From the IMG/VR virus record IMGVR_UViG_3300032330_000885, positions 1 through 59,927 of that record: DNA of 59,927 nt; one strand, given 5' to 3'. Positions 36,565 through 45,510 of the stretch are shown here, in pieces (position 1 is the stretch's first letter; each line of letters begins with the position of its first letter). This stretch comes from a virus. Lineage: Duplodnaviria > Caudoviricetes. A program made the translations under genes and the position numbers. Under the pieces are notes generated by a model that did not search any database, was not told where the DNA came from, and saw only the letters and a program-made list of their open reading frames with translations.

Positions 36565-36930
36565 ATGAAATATCGCAAAGCGTTTTTACCAAACCCGAAC
36601 AGGCGGTTCAGCGCGGAGCCAGTCAATCGCATCGCGGACGAGATCATCTATATCTGCCTGTCCCCGATGTTCGACGATATGTGTACGCTGGAACATGCCC
36701 ACCACTACGAGGGCGCGATTGTTCGGGCAATGGAGAACTTCGATCCAGATCAGGACATCATGGTGTTCTTTGGCGATGCCGTCATTTTTGGAATGATGAC
36801 GTTCTACGCCGCGCAGCACTATGACGAGATCAAGATCGCTCGGTATTCCGCGAAGCGGGATGAATACATCGTTCGGGAAATCTCGTTCGATAATTTTGAA
36901 AAATATGAGGAAATGGAAAATGGAACTTGA
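36565..36930 (+). CDS. Hypothetical protein
   Basis: AAGGA RBS; FDP..D....FGD motif. Confidence 0.7.
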   Translation: MKYRKAFLPNPNRRFSAEPVNRIADEIIYICLSPMFDDMCTLEHAHHYEGAIVRAMENFDPDQDIMVFFGDAVIFGMMTFYAAQHYDEIKIARYSAKRDEYIVREISFDNFEKYEEMENGT

Positions 36931-37264
36931 AGAAGTATTGGCAGGCGCAGCAAACACAATCACTCGCACCCGTGACGCATATGGCAACATCGACACCCTG
37001 TACAATCGTGCAGCCGTAGGAGCCTCACAGAAGCTCAACTTTGCCCTGAACGAGTATCAGGTGTCTCAGATACAATTGGCCTTTGAGGAGGCTAAAATAT
37101 CGCTTAAAATGGTGGACGACGACACCTACATCAAAATGGCATCACTGGCCGCGATCTCTGGGCGGTTTTCCCGTAAAAACTCTGATAAGAAAATGTTGGA
37201 TTCCGTTGAAGACACATTAATCAAAGAAATGGCGGCGAAACTTGTGCCAGACCAGCAAGCGTAA
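36920..37264 (+). CDS. DUF6378-like helical protein (divergent)
   Basis: L..AA.TI...R..YG...D.Y..MA..AA pattern. Confidence 0.5.
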   Translation: MELEEVLAGAANTITRTRDAYGNIDTLYNRAAVGASQKLNFALNEYQVSQIQLAFEEAKISLKMVDDDTYIKMASLAAISGRFSRKNSDKKMLDSVEDTLIKEMAAKLVPDQQA

Positions 37265-37454
37265 AAAGAAGGGCCGCGAAAGCGGCCTTTCCCATATCCT
37301 CACCTTGTCACTGAGGCATTGCCGCTGGATCGGCGATGACGGTCTGTATTGCAAGGAGACCACAACGGCACCAAAATCGTGGTGGTGCGAACACCACCGC
37401 AAGATCGTGTATCAGCCTAAACCACCGTCCACGTTGCCCCAGATGGAATCGTAA
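37242..37454 (+). CDS. GcrA C-terminal domain-like protein
   Basis: L.L....CRW.....G.YC.......WCEHH...VYQP; start codon uncertain (TTG). Confidence 0.65.
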   Translation: MCQTSKRKKKGRESGLSHILTLSLRHCRWIGDDGLYCKETTTAPKSWWCEHHRKIVYQPKPPSTLPQMES

Positions 37455-38022
37455 CAGTCGCGCCTGTATTAACTGAAATAGGCCCAAACGTGCCGTAGTT
37501 CTGTGACGACGACATGGTGTAGCTGTCTGTTACGGTCTGATCATTGGGGTAGAAAACTTTGTTGGTGCCCCCACCAGTTGGCACCAGCGCACCGCCGCTT
37601 GCTCCAGATGATACGAAATAGACGTTTGTGCCGTCAGAGATAATGCTGGATACCGTAAGGCGCGGGACAACGACTGCTGCGCCGCCGCCCCCTGATGCGA
37701 ACGTAATGGTGTTAGGCCCACCTGTGGCGTCCGTGGTTGTGTTGTAGACGATCCACTGCCCGCCGACCGTCGATGGGATGGTGTACGTCACGGAGGCCGT
37801 AATGGCTCCTGTGACTTTGATGAACAATGGAATGTAGCTGTAGGTGTCAGATATGCCTGACGTTAAGGTCTGCGATCCAGCAGTGGCATTGTAGCTAATG
37901 TTCGCTCCGAACGCGGAGTCAATGATGCTCAAGTCCGCATTGACTGGGACGTTCCAAGTATCAACGTAGGCACCGTTTGATGGCTGCTCGATGTTCTTAT
38001 TGGGGGTATACGAGGAGACCAT
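37417..38022 (-). CDS. Short tail fibre/spike-associated protein
   Basis: SDGTN motif; C-terminal 50 aa paralogous to the end of 54674-57310. Confidence 0.75.
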   Translation of the reverse strand: MVSSYTPNKNIEQPSNGAYVDTWNVPVNADLSIIDSAFGANISYNATAGSQTLTSGISDTYSYIPLFIKVTGAITASVTYTIPSTVGGQWIVYNTTTDATGGPNTITFASGGGGAAVVVPRLTVSSIISDGTNVYFVSSGASGGALVPTGGGTNKVFYPNDQTVTDSYTMSSSQNYGTFGPISVNTGATVTIPSGATWTVV

Positions 38023-38024
38023 GA

Positions 38025-40337
38025 TTAAATGTCCTTGTTAGCTTTGGCGAGGGCTTTGGCGATCACTGTATCATCTTTTTGCAAAAGCCGCTCGGTGTTG
38101 TGTTCTTCCATCTTCTTAGCGGCACTCACACGGCTCAGGAGTTTGTTGGCCTCTACATCATAGTTAACATGAATCTTGCCGCCTGTGGAGCGTCCTATGC
38201 GGCCCCCAGCAGCGCGTTGTGGTTCTTCTTCGCTTGTGGCACCTTCGATGGACTGCGTTCTGGCATTCAGTGACTTCAGCATTTCCTTGGCAATCGGGCT
38301 TTGATCGGCCAAGCGGGACAACCGAATGGCATCCGTTGGCTTTTCGGAGAACGCCAGAGGAACCATTCTTTCTGCAACAGAACGAGCGCGGGCTTCCAGT
38401 GCTGCTTTACCAGCTACGCTTGCCCCTGCGCCTACTAAAGCGGTAGTAAAATCCGGAGCAACAAACTGAGCCTGCATAAAAGAATTTATAAGTGATTCAA
38501 CCGCAGCCGTTCCACCAAAACCAATAGTTCCTGCTTGTGTAAGCATATTAGTTTGGTCTGCTATTGGGGAAGCCGCACCTGACTTCAAACGGATGTTTTC
38601 AGCAAGAATTTTGCCTCGAATAGCGTCAAATTGGTTGACCCCAAGAATGGCCCTCCCTGTCTCCACAGCATTTTGGTTTCTCAAAAACTGGTCGGCTATT
38701 GACGAGATGTTTCCGGTTTGAATTTTATTGTTCAAAGCCGACAAATACCCATGAGTGAAAAGTTCTTTTTGACCTTTGGACATCAAATCAAATTGTTTTT
38801 CCAAATCAGCTCTTTCCAAAATTTTGCCGCTGGCAGGGCTTAAAGAAGTATCAAATGCTTTGATGCCCATTTCGGGAGCCGTTTGTGCGCCATAACCTTC
38901 AATAGCCGCGCCTCTTGCACGAGCATAATCTGGAATGCGGGTATCTAACACATCAACAAGTTGTTTGCGATTTTCAGCAATATTTCCTGCTGCCCATTGA
39001 TCATCCCTAGCAAGGCCATCCTCAGTGCTTTTCATGCGCCTTTTGACTTGATCCCAAAAAGACAAGTCGCCGCCAGTCATTGCAGTCCCGCCCTGATATT
39101 GAATGCGTTGGGGGTATTTTATGGGGAGATTATTCTGCTGGATGTAGGAAGTGACATCATTGACGGCTTCTTGAAAAACATTGCTGTTTCTCACACTGGT
39201 AGGGAATGCATGGATAGGGATGTTTTGAGCCGCGGGCATACTACGGGCCAAAGCATATACATCATCTGTAAACAATTTGTTGGACAGATTGGCGGCATCA
39301 GCATGCGGCGCAACGCCAACTGGAAACCCGCCATTAGATGTATCCGCTAAAAAATCACCGACACGTTTTTGAGTTTCCGGCAATGCGGAACCACGTTCAC
39401 GGGTAAATCCTGCTACCACATCGGAAGCATCACCAGATTTTCCGGCGTAACCCATGAGCATTTTTTTAGTATTATCGTCAGCATAGTCCCAAACAGAAAT
39501 TGGAGTCCCGTTGGCGGCGGCTTCTTCAATCTGTTGCGGTGTCATCCTCCAATTGGCTTTGTTAGCGGCCAACGAATCAACAATTTTCTGCTGTGCGGAG
39601 GTAGAAGGCAAAATTGTGCGAAATCCCTCCCCCAACGAATTGATGCCGTGTGACCCAAGCAATTCAATCAACACTTGCCCAGCGGGGCCAGTCCATGCAT
39701 CGCCTTGCGTTTCAGCAAATGCTTTTGCAGGCACAGATGCAGCCGCGCCAGATGCGGAACGACCAAGCCATTTTAATGGACCGCCTGGGCCTGCTGCAAA
39801 CCCAGTCCCTTTTTTAGTTAATTCTCCAAAATCTTCGCCTTCTGGGGTTTTTGCTTCGTACTGTGTATAAGGCAAAGCCTTTTCAACAACTTTTTCAACG
39901 CCCTGAGTAGTTGGGAATGGAATGCCAAAACTTTTGTTTACATCACCGCTTTGCTCGGCAGAAGTAGTAGGGGAAACTTTTTCGCCAAGTTCTTTAGTAC
40001 TTTTGATCAAATCCTTTGCGGTTTTTCCTTCTGGAAGCAACCCAAAATATTCAGCGGGTTTTGCAACGCCGTACTCTAGCGCCTTCTCTCTAGCTAGATC
40101 GACAAGTTGACCAGCGGAGCCAGGCAACCCAAGTACAGACCCCGTGACCCCAAGAGTTCCCTGCCCCGCCATTGACCGAGCAACGTCCTCATAATCAATT
40201 GGGGTCTGTGGCACGTTTCCAGCGTTGGGGTCAGTTCCAACGGGGCCGCTTGGCAAGCCCAACCGAACCCTTTCTTTGGGCGTATCAGGCCTAGAGATGT
40301 CTTCGTCGGTCAAAAGTTTTCTGTTCGGTTCAGCCAT
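38025..40337 (-). CDS. Putative DNA ejection (internal virion) protein
   Basis: Large, helical, Ala/Gly-rich; WDQVKR..PDYARAR motif; last of the ejection-gene block. Confidence 0.65.
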   Translation of the reverse strand: MAEPNRKLLTDEDISRPDTPKERVRLGLPSGPVGTDPNAGNVPQTPIDYEDVARSMAGQGTLGVTGSVLGLPGSAGQLVDLAREKALEYGVAKPAEYFGLLPEGKTAKDLIKSTKELGEKVSPTTSAEQSGDVNKSFGIPFPTTQGVEKVVEKALPYTQYEAKTPEGEDFGELTKKGTGFAAGPGGPLKWLGRSASGAAASVPAKAFAETQGDAWTGPAGQVLIELLGSHGINSLGEGFRTILPSTSAQQKIVDSLAANKANWRMTPQQIEEAAANGTPISVWDYADDNTKKMLMGYAGKSGDASDVVAGFTRERGSALPETQKRVGDFLADTSNGGFPVGVAPHADAANLSNKLFTDDVYALARSMPAAQNIPIHAFPTSVRNSNVFQEAVNDVTSYIQQNNLPIKYPQRIQYQGGTAMTGGDLSFWDQVKRRMKSTEDGLARDDQWAAGNIAENRKQLVDVLDTRIPDYARARGAAIEGYGAQTAPEMGIKAFDTSLSPASGKILERADLEKQFDLMSKGQKELFTHGYLSALNNKIQTGNISSIADQFLRNQNAVETGRAILGVNQFDAIRGKILAENIRLKSGAASPIADQTNMLTQAGTIGFGGTAAVESLINSFMQAQFVAPDFTTALVGAGASVAGKAALEARARSVAERMVPLAFSEKPTDAIRLSRLADQSPIAKEMLKSLNARTQSIEGATSEEEPQRAAGGRIGRSTGGKIHVNYDVEANKLLSRVSAAKKMEEHNTERLLQKDDTVIAKALAKANKDI

Positions 40338-40349
40338 TGGGTGCCCCTA

Positions 40350-43300
40350 TTATTGACCGGATGATGGGAAGTAACGAAGGATGTGCGGTGCGCCAAACTT
40401 TTTGGCTACAACTTGTTGCTCTTCGGGGCTTAGTTCAGCGGCGTGTTTCACCAGAAACTGGTAATATGTCATTGGACGGCCCGAATCGCTTTTGGTGCCT
40501 GGCACATATTCGGTGTACATTTTTTGAAGAGCCGCCATTTCCTTTTCATATTGAGCGGCGGTCTTTTTGTTGAATCGCTCATCAAGACCAGTTCCCGTGC
40601 GATTGGCAACTTCAACATATTCTTTGCCAGTTGGTCCAGCGGCTGCATTACGCCACTGATTGAAATAATTGTCTTTATCAATTTCACGGCGAGTGTTGAC
40701 TGCTGCCTGAGAAAAGTTCTTTGCCGCACCGCCAAAAGTTTGCGTTGACGAAGGAAGCGATTCTTCAAGAGCTTGGTAAATGCCAAGGGCTTTCAAATTG
40801 CCGCTGTCCTGAGCGTTCTTTTTTAACTGCTCAAGAGTTTTTCGCACGTTTTCGGCAGTTGTCACATCAGCAGGATTAACAACCGCTTGGCCACCAACCA
40901 TAGGAACAACAGTGTTCAATGCTTTAGCTATTTTAATTGCACCTTCACTTGTTGAACCAGTAACCAACAAACTTTTCTCTCTTGGTAACGCCGAAAGACC
41001 AGCACCAAATTCATGCAGCAGACGTTCCTGCTGACGCGCACCCTCGGCTATTTTCTGTTGAGGAGCAAATACGTCTGTAACGTTAGCCTTCGCGCTATTG
41101 GGGTTCGTAGCATACTTCTGTGCTTCTTTGATTGCCGCAGACCGATCCTCGTCTGAAACATCAAATGGTGTTGCAGAAGGTTTTGCAGTGCCTGATGGCA
41201 CAAGACCAGTGCCTGTTCCAGCAGTTGTAGTTGTGCCCGTAGGAGGAGGAACTAGGCCAGTGCTTGCAGGAGTTTTTGCGCCTTTGGAAGCAATATGTTC
41301 TTCCATCTGCTTACGGGCATCAGGATCAATTTTAACCGCATCACGCTGTTCTGGAGGCAAAGCGCGGTATTCCGATTCGTACATATAACCATATGTGCCA
41401 TCGGGTTTAATATAACGGACACGCGCAACACCAGTGGTGGGATCAACCAAGAATGCTTTGTTGGCCGTTTCAGCCCGCGTCGCTTCTGTCGTTTGTTCAG
41501 TACTCTTAACATCAGCAGCCCGCTTCATCATATCACCAGCGGAGGCAGCGTAACCTACAAGACCTTCACCGATGGCCTGACCATGGGTAGGCTTGCTAGA
41601 AGCCAGCAATGTGCCCAACCCAGAGAGGATCGGAATGATATGTTCGCGGTTTGAAGTGTAATAATCGCCCGCATCACTGAGAGTTTGCTTGGCAGAACCA
41701 AGGCCGCTTTTGACCGTATCGGGGAGGTCTTTGACGCCTTTGAAGGCATCCCTGACTACAGAAGGCAGACCTTCTTGTGGCATATAAGCTGTGGCTTGAT
41801 CCCCGCTCAGGAACCCTTCTGGTAACTTAAACTCACGATTAAACTTGCCGTTTTCGTCATAAGCAAGGTTCTTCAACTGCCCGTGGTTGCGCCCAAGTTG
41901 CACATGGATTGGGTCGTTAAAATCACCGCCGTAAACCATGCCGGGAATGCCTTTGGCAATTTCACCTAGTTTCCCACGGTATTCAGGCTTGTACCCAGCA
42001 AAGTCACCTGCCATCGCGTAATTGTGTGGGCTTTCGTACGGGTTTGCAACAGGCAACCCTTGGTATTGGCCACGGCGGTTGGCGGCTTTATCCGCAACTA
42101 GACCAGCCTGTTCCTGCGGGGTGCGATACAATGACCCAGGTTTAATAGGAATGCCTTGGCGGTTTGCTTCCTCAATAAACTGACGGAACTTTGGTCCAAA
42201 CTCAGGATGAAGCTGGGCATAGACATCATCGCCAGCCGCAACTTCAGATGCCTTCTTATACGCGCCCAACGTGCGTTTTTCTGGGGCAGGGGCTTCGGCA
42301 GCAGCGGCAGCTTCGGCCTCAAGACGTTCGCGCTTCAACCTATCAAATTCAGGTGTTGCGCTTTCACCAACCACGTTGCCTTCGGAGCCATCATGGTGTT
42401 CGCGCCCTGCCATGCCCCCGTTTTTAAGGAACAAGAGCGGCAAGAACTCAAGCGCACTTGCGCCAGCTTCGGCAACAGGTGCGGCGGCAGCAAGACCCTC
42501 TGCAACAGGTGCGGCAGCGGCCAAGCCTTCGGCCACGGGAGCAGCAGCGGCAGCGGTTTCTGCTACTGGTGCAGCAGCGGCACCAAGACCCTCAGTAACG
42601 GGAGCGGCTTCAGCGGCTGGAGTTGCTCCCATTGGAATATGGAAACCTTCAGCAGTGTTTGCCGCCGCAGTATGCGAAACAGGCGTTGCGTTTGCGGATG
42701 GCATGTCAGCAAGAGGATTGGGCGAAGTCCCACCAAGACCTTCAGGGCGGACAGGAGGCGTAGGTGTGCCCGTGGGGGCGATAGGGTATTTAGTGGCAAG
42801 TTCACCAGCGGGTGTTGCGCCACTGAGCATGCTAGCGGCTTTGTCATAAGCAGCACTGGCCATTTTTCCAGTGGAGTACAATTTGGACGCGGCACCTGCG
42901 GCTTCGCCAAGACCACTTTGCGGGCTATCAGCTAACTTGCCGGAACGCATGGCATCTTGTTGATTTTTTAACTGGATCGGAGTTGGCGTGTCATACGAGA
43001 TTTGACCCATATAACCTTTTTTAACAGCATCTTCTTCACCGTATGGCAAGCCACCAGCGGCGTAACCTATGCGTGGCCCAGTAATCAACCCGCCACGAGC
43101 CTCGCCTTTAAGGGTAGCCTCAAGAATTTTCTTTTTCGCGGCATCTTGAGCATCGCGCAATGCATTGGCTTCGTCACTGCGGTCAAGCCAACCAGCAACT
43201 GGTTTGCCTTTAGCATCAGTCCCACCAAACAGTTTTGTTTTGGCCCCTTCAGCCATGCCAAGACCTTCAGAAATAGTCCGGCCAGTCTGCGCCGCTTCGG

Positions 43301-45005
43301 CAAATCCGCTTGGCTGTTTTGGCGGAGGAGCAGCAGGGCGAGCAATAGAAAGGTTTGCGGGTAACTGTTGGGGGGCAGGCATATAACCAGCCGCGCCTGG
43401 CGATTTACCGCCGCCTGGCGTCCCCTGCTGCTGGTACATTTCTACCTGACGGCGCAACAAATCCTTGACCATGATGGGGTCAAAAGCGTCACTGCCGCCA
43501 AGAGCAAACCCTTGACGCGCATTAGATGGGTGAACGCCGCCACCTTCGCTGCTTTCAGTGGCCTTGTCATAGTCAACAGTTTTGTAGCCCTCTGGGGCCT
43601 TGCCAACAGCATCAGGATGCTTTTTCTCTACGTTCTGAGCAAGCAAACCAATTTGAGTGGTTGGGCTACCCTTGAAGTTGTATTTGTAAATCGGCTGACC
43701 ATCGTTGGTTTCACCGATCTTCTTTATGTTTTCTTTCAGGCGTTCATCAGATGCCTGCGATGTCGATGTGGTTGAGCCAGACAATGCACCAGTGCCCTCG
43801 GCAATGTTTGCCAAGAACTGAGCAACTTGGAACGGATAACCTTGCTCCTGCAAAAACTGGTTGTATTTCGCAGCTTTGCCAGCCTGCTCGGTCTGCTGTT
43901 GGATTTGACCCGCCGCAAGTTGAGCCTGTGCGCCCTGTAATCCTGCCGCCTGCGCCCCCGTGCCGAGAGCCGCAAGTTGTTGAGCGGAAGTGGCACCCAT
44001 GCCAAATGCTTGGTTACCAAGGGCTGCTCTCTGTTGAGCGGCAGTCATACCCTGACCAAATTGTTGTTGGCCTAAATTACCGTAACCCTGACCAAGCTGC
44101 ATTTGCTGGCCAAATTTTTGTTGGGCAATAGCTGCCTGTTGTTGAGCGGCGGTCATTCCTTGCCCATACTGTTGCTGGCCCAATGCTGCAAGTTGCTGGC
44201 CCGCGCCAGCCAATGCTGCACGGTTGGCTTGAGCGGCACCTAGCCCGACACCCTGCTGCTGTTGAGCCGTCTGTTGAGCGTTCTGGTAAGCCTGCGACAT
44301 AATTGGCGTAATAGCTTGAGCCGTACCCAATGTCTGCTGACGGGCCAAATTAGCGCGTTCTAAACCAGTGCGATCATTGCCAAATGCGCCTGACGCAGCC
44401 TGTTGACCAGCCAGCCGAGCGCGATCTTGCCCTTGCTGCTGCTGCAACGCGGCATATGTTGTTCCTGCTACTGTCCGCGCAAATGGGTCAAAATAACGGT
44501 CAGTTTGCAAATCGCCTGCATTGACGGCTTGACCGCCTGCAACTGTATAATTTGTGGCTGCATTGCCATAGGCATTACCTATGTTCTGCGAATTTGCTAT
44601 GTTTTGTGTAGCACCTTGATAGTAAGGTTGGGACGCGCCTGTTGCTTGATTGTAAGAATTTGTGGCCGCATTACCGTAAGCATTGCCTACATTTTGAGCC
44701 GCGCCAACATCGCCGTAAGCCTGATTAATGGCACCTGCGGCTTGATTCTGCGCTCCCAATAATCCTTGAGTAGCGGTTTGATAATAAGGTTGTGCAGTGC
44801 CTGCGGCAGCGTTTGTATTGGCAATACCAGCTTGCTGCGTTGGGGTAAGTCCGGCGACAAAGGCGTTTGGATCGTCAGAATATTTTTTAAATGGCGTTTG
44901 AGCCACGCCTTCTGCACGAGCGTTAACAGCATTATACCGCGCCAAAACCTCTGGTGGGATGGTCACAGTTTGAGTTGAACTACCGCCTTTGCCGCCGCCG
45001 CCCAT
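40350..45005 (-). CDS. DNA ejection protein with internal S74 chaperone domain and M15-like peptidase domain
   Basis: MGGGGKGG start; Gln/Ala-rich N-half; SDERLKENI...GLLAQ.VE...P.AV...VDY; YRT..EQ..L...SPHN...A.D...D..H.QL. Confidence 0.8.
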   Translation of the reverse strand: MGGGGKGGSSTQTVTIPPEVLARYNAVNARAEGVAQTPFKKYSDDPNAFVAGLTPTQQAGIANTNAAAGTAQPYYQTATQGLLGAQNQAAGAINQAYGDVGAAQNVGNAYGNAATNSYNQATGASQPYYQGATQNIANSQNIGNAYGNAATNYTVAGGQAVNAGDLQTDRYFDPFARTVAGTTYAALQQQQGQDRARLAGQQAASGAFGNDRTGLERANLARQQTLGTAQAITPIMSQAYQNAQQTAQQQQGVGLGAAQANRAALAGAGQQLAALGQQQYGQGMTAAQQQAAIAQQKFGQQMQLGQGYGNLGQQQFGQGMTAAQQRAALGNQAFGMGATSAQQLAALGTGAQAAGLQGAQAQLAAGQIQQQTEQAGKAAKYNQFLQEQGYPFQVAQFLANIAEGTGALSGSTTSTSQASDERLKENIKKIGETNDGQPIYKYNFKGSPTTQIGLLAQNVEKKHPDAVGKAPEGYKTVDYDKATESSEGGGVHPSNARQGFALGGSDAFDPIMVKDLLRRQVEMYQQQGTPGGGKSPGAAGYMPAPQQLPANLSIARPAAPPPKQPSGFAEAAQTGRTISEGLGMAEGAKTKLFGGTDAKGKPVAGWLDRSDEANALRDAQDAAKKKILEATLKGEARGGLITGPRIGYAAGGLPYGEEDAVKKGYMGQISYDTPTPIQLKNQQDAMRSGKLADSPQSGLGEAAGAASKLYSTGKMASAAYDKAASMLSGATPAGELATKYPIAPTGTPTPPVRPEGLGGTSPNPLADMPSANATPVSHTAAANTAEGFHIPMGATPAAEAAPVTEGLGAAAAPVAETAAAAAPVAEGLAAAAPVAEGLAAAAPVAEAGASALEFLPLLFLKNGGMAGREHHDGSEGNVVGESATPEFDRLKRERLEAEAAAAAEAPAPEKRTLGAYKKASEVAAGDDVYAQLHPEFGPKFRQFIEEANRQGIPIKPGSLYRTPQEQAGLVADKAANRRGQYQGLPVANPYESPHNYAMAGDFAGYKPEYRGKLGEIAKGIPGMVYGGDFNDPIHVQLGRNHGQLKNLAYDENGKFNREFKLPEGFLSGDQATAYMPQEGLPSVVRDAFKGVKDLPDTVKSGLGSAKQTLSDAGDYYTSNREHIIPILSGLGTLLASSKPTHGQAIGEGLVGYAASAGDMMKRAADVKSTEQTTEATRAETANKAFLVDPTTGVARVRYIKPDGTYGYMYESEYRALPPEQRDAVKIDPDARKQMEEHIASKGAKTPASTGLVPPPTGTTTTAGTGTGLVPSGTAKPSATPFDVSDEDRSAAIKEAQKYATNPNSAKANVTDVFAPQQKIAEGARQQERLLHEFGAGLSALPREKSLLVTGSTSEGAIKIAKALNTVVPMVGGQAVVNPADVTTAENVRKTLEQLKKNAQDSGNLKALGIYQALEESLPSSTQTFGGAAKNFSQAAVNTRREIDKDNYFNQWRNAAAGPTGKEYVEVANRTGTGLDERFNKKTAAQYEKEMAALQKMYTEYVPGTKSDSGRPMTYYQFLVKHAAELSPEEQQVVAKKFGAPHILRYFPSSGQ

Positions 45006-45006
45006 A

Positions 45007-45510
45007 TTATTGCTCCGTCATATTTTCATGACCTGTCTTTGCCCCATAGAGAAAGAAGGCTCCGGCAGGTGCGCCGAGTTGGCGTTCGTAAAGTCGTACT
45101 TTAGCACTTGTGCGGTGGTTTGACAAAACCCCGATCAACAGCGGTATCTCAAGACTATCAGCAACGGATTTAGAAAAATCGACAAGAAGTCTGGCATGAC
45201 TGCGCGTTTGTCCATCTGATCTTGCGGATGTTGAACGGTAGTCAGGGTCCACGAAAACTGCCTTTTCTTCTAGAAGCCAAGAGTCACTATACCATACCTG
45301 TGTCATTCGGAGTAGTATCGCACCTTCTATTTTTTCATTGGGGTGGCCAATGACACCAATGAGACCTTGCCACAAATAAAGAGCGGGCCGAATCATCGCT
45401 CTCATTTTTTCTGGGTTCACATCCATGAACCCATTTTCATTCCAAGCCCTCATTGAGAGTTCAATAAGAGCATCTTCATCTTCTGGTACGCCAAGGCGAA
45501 CTGTCATCAT
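45007..45510 (-). CDS. GNAT-fold acetyltransferase-like protein
   Basis: WYS....LEE..VFV.PDYR...LV.F.K...KVRLYER; precedes the ejection gene. Confidence 0.7.
   Translation of the reverse strand: MMTVRLGVPEDEDALIELSMRAWNENGFMDVNPEKMRAMIRPALYLWQGLIGVIGHPNEKIEGAILLRMTQVWYSDSWLLEEKAVFVDPDYRSTSARSDGQTRSHARLLVDFSKSVADSLEIPLLIGVLSNHRTSAKVRLYERQLGAPAGAFFLYGAKTGHENMTEQ

Noticed and set aside
42470-42620. Tandem repeats resembling an array
   Set aside because: In-frame AAAAPVAEGL coding repeats without unique spacers; not CRISPR
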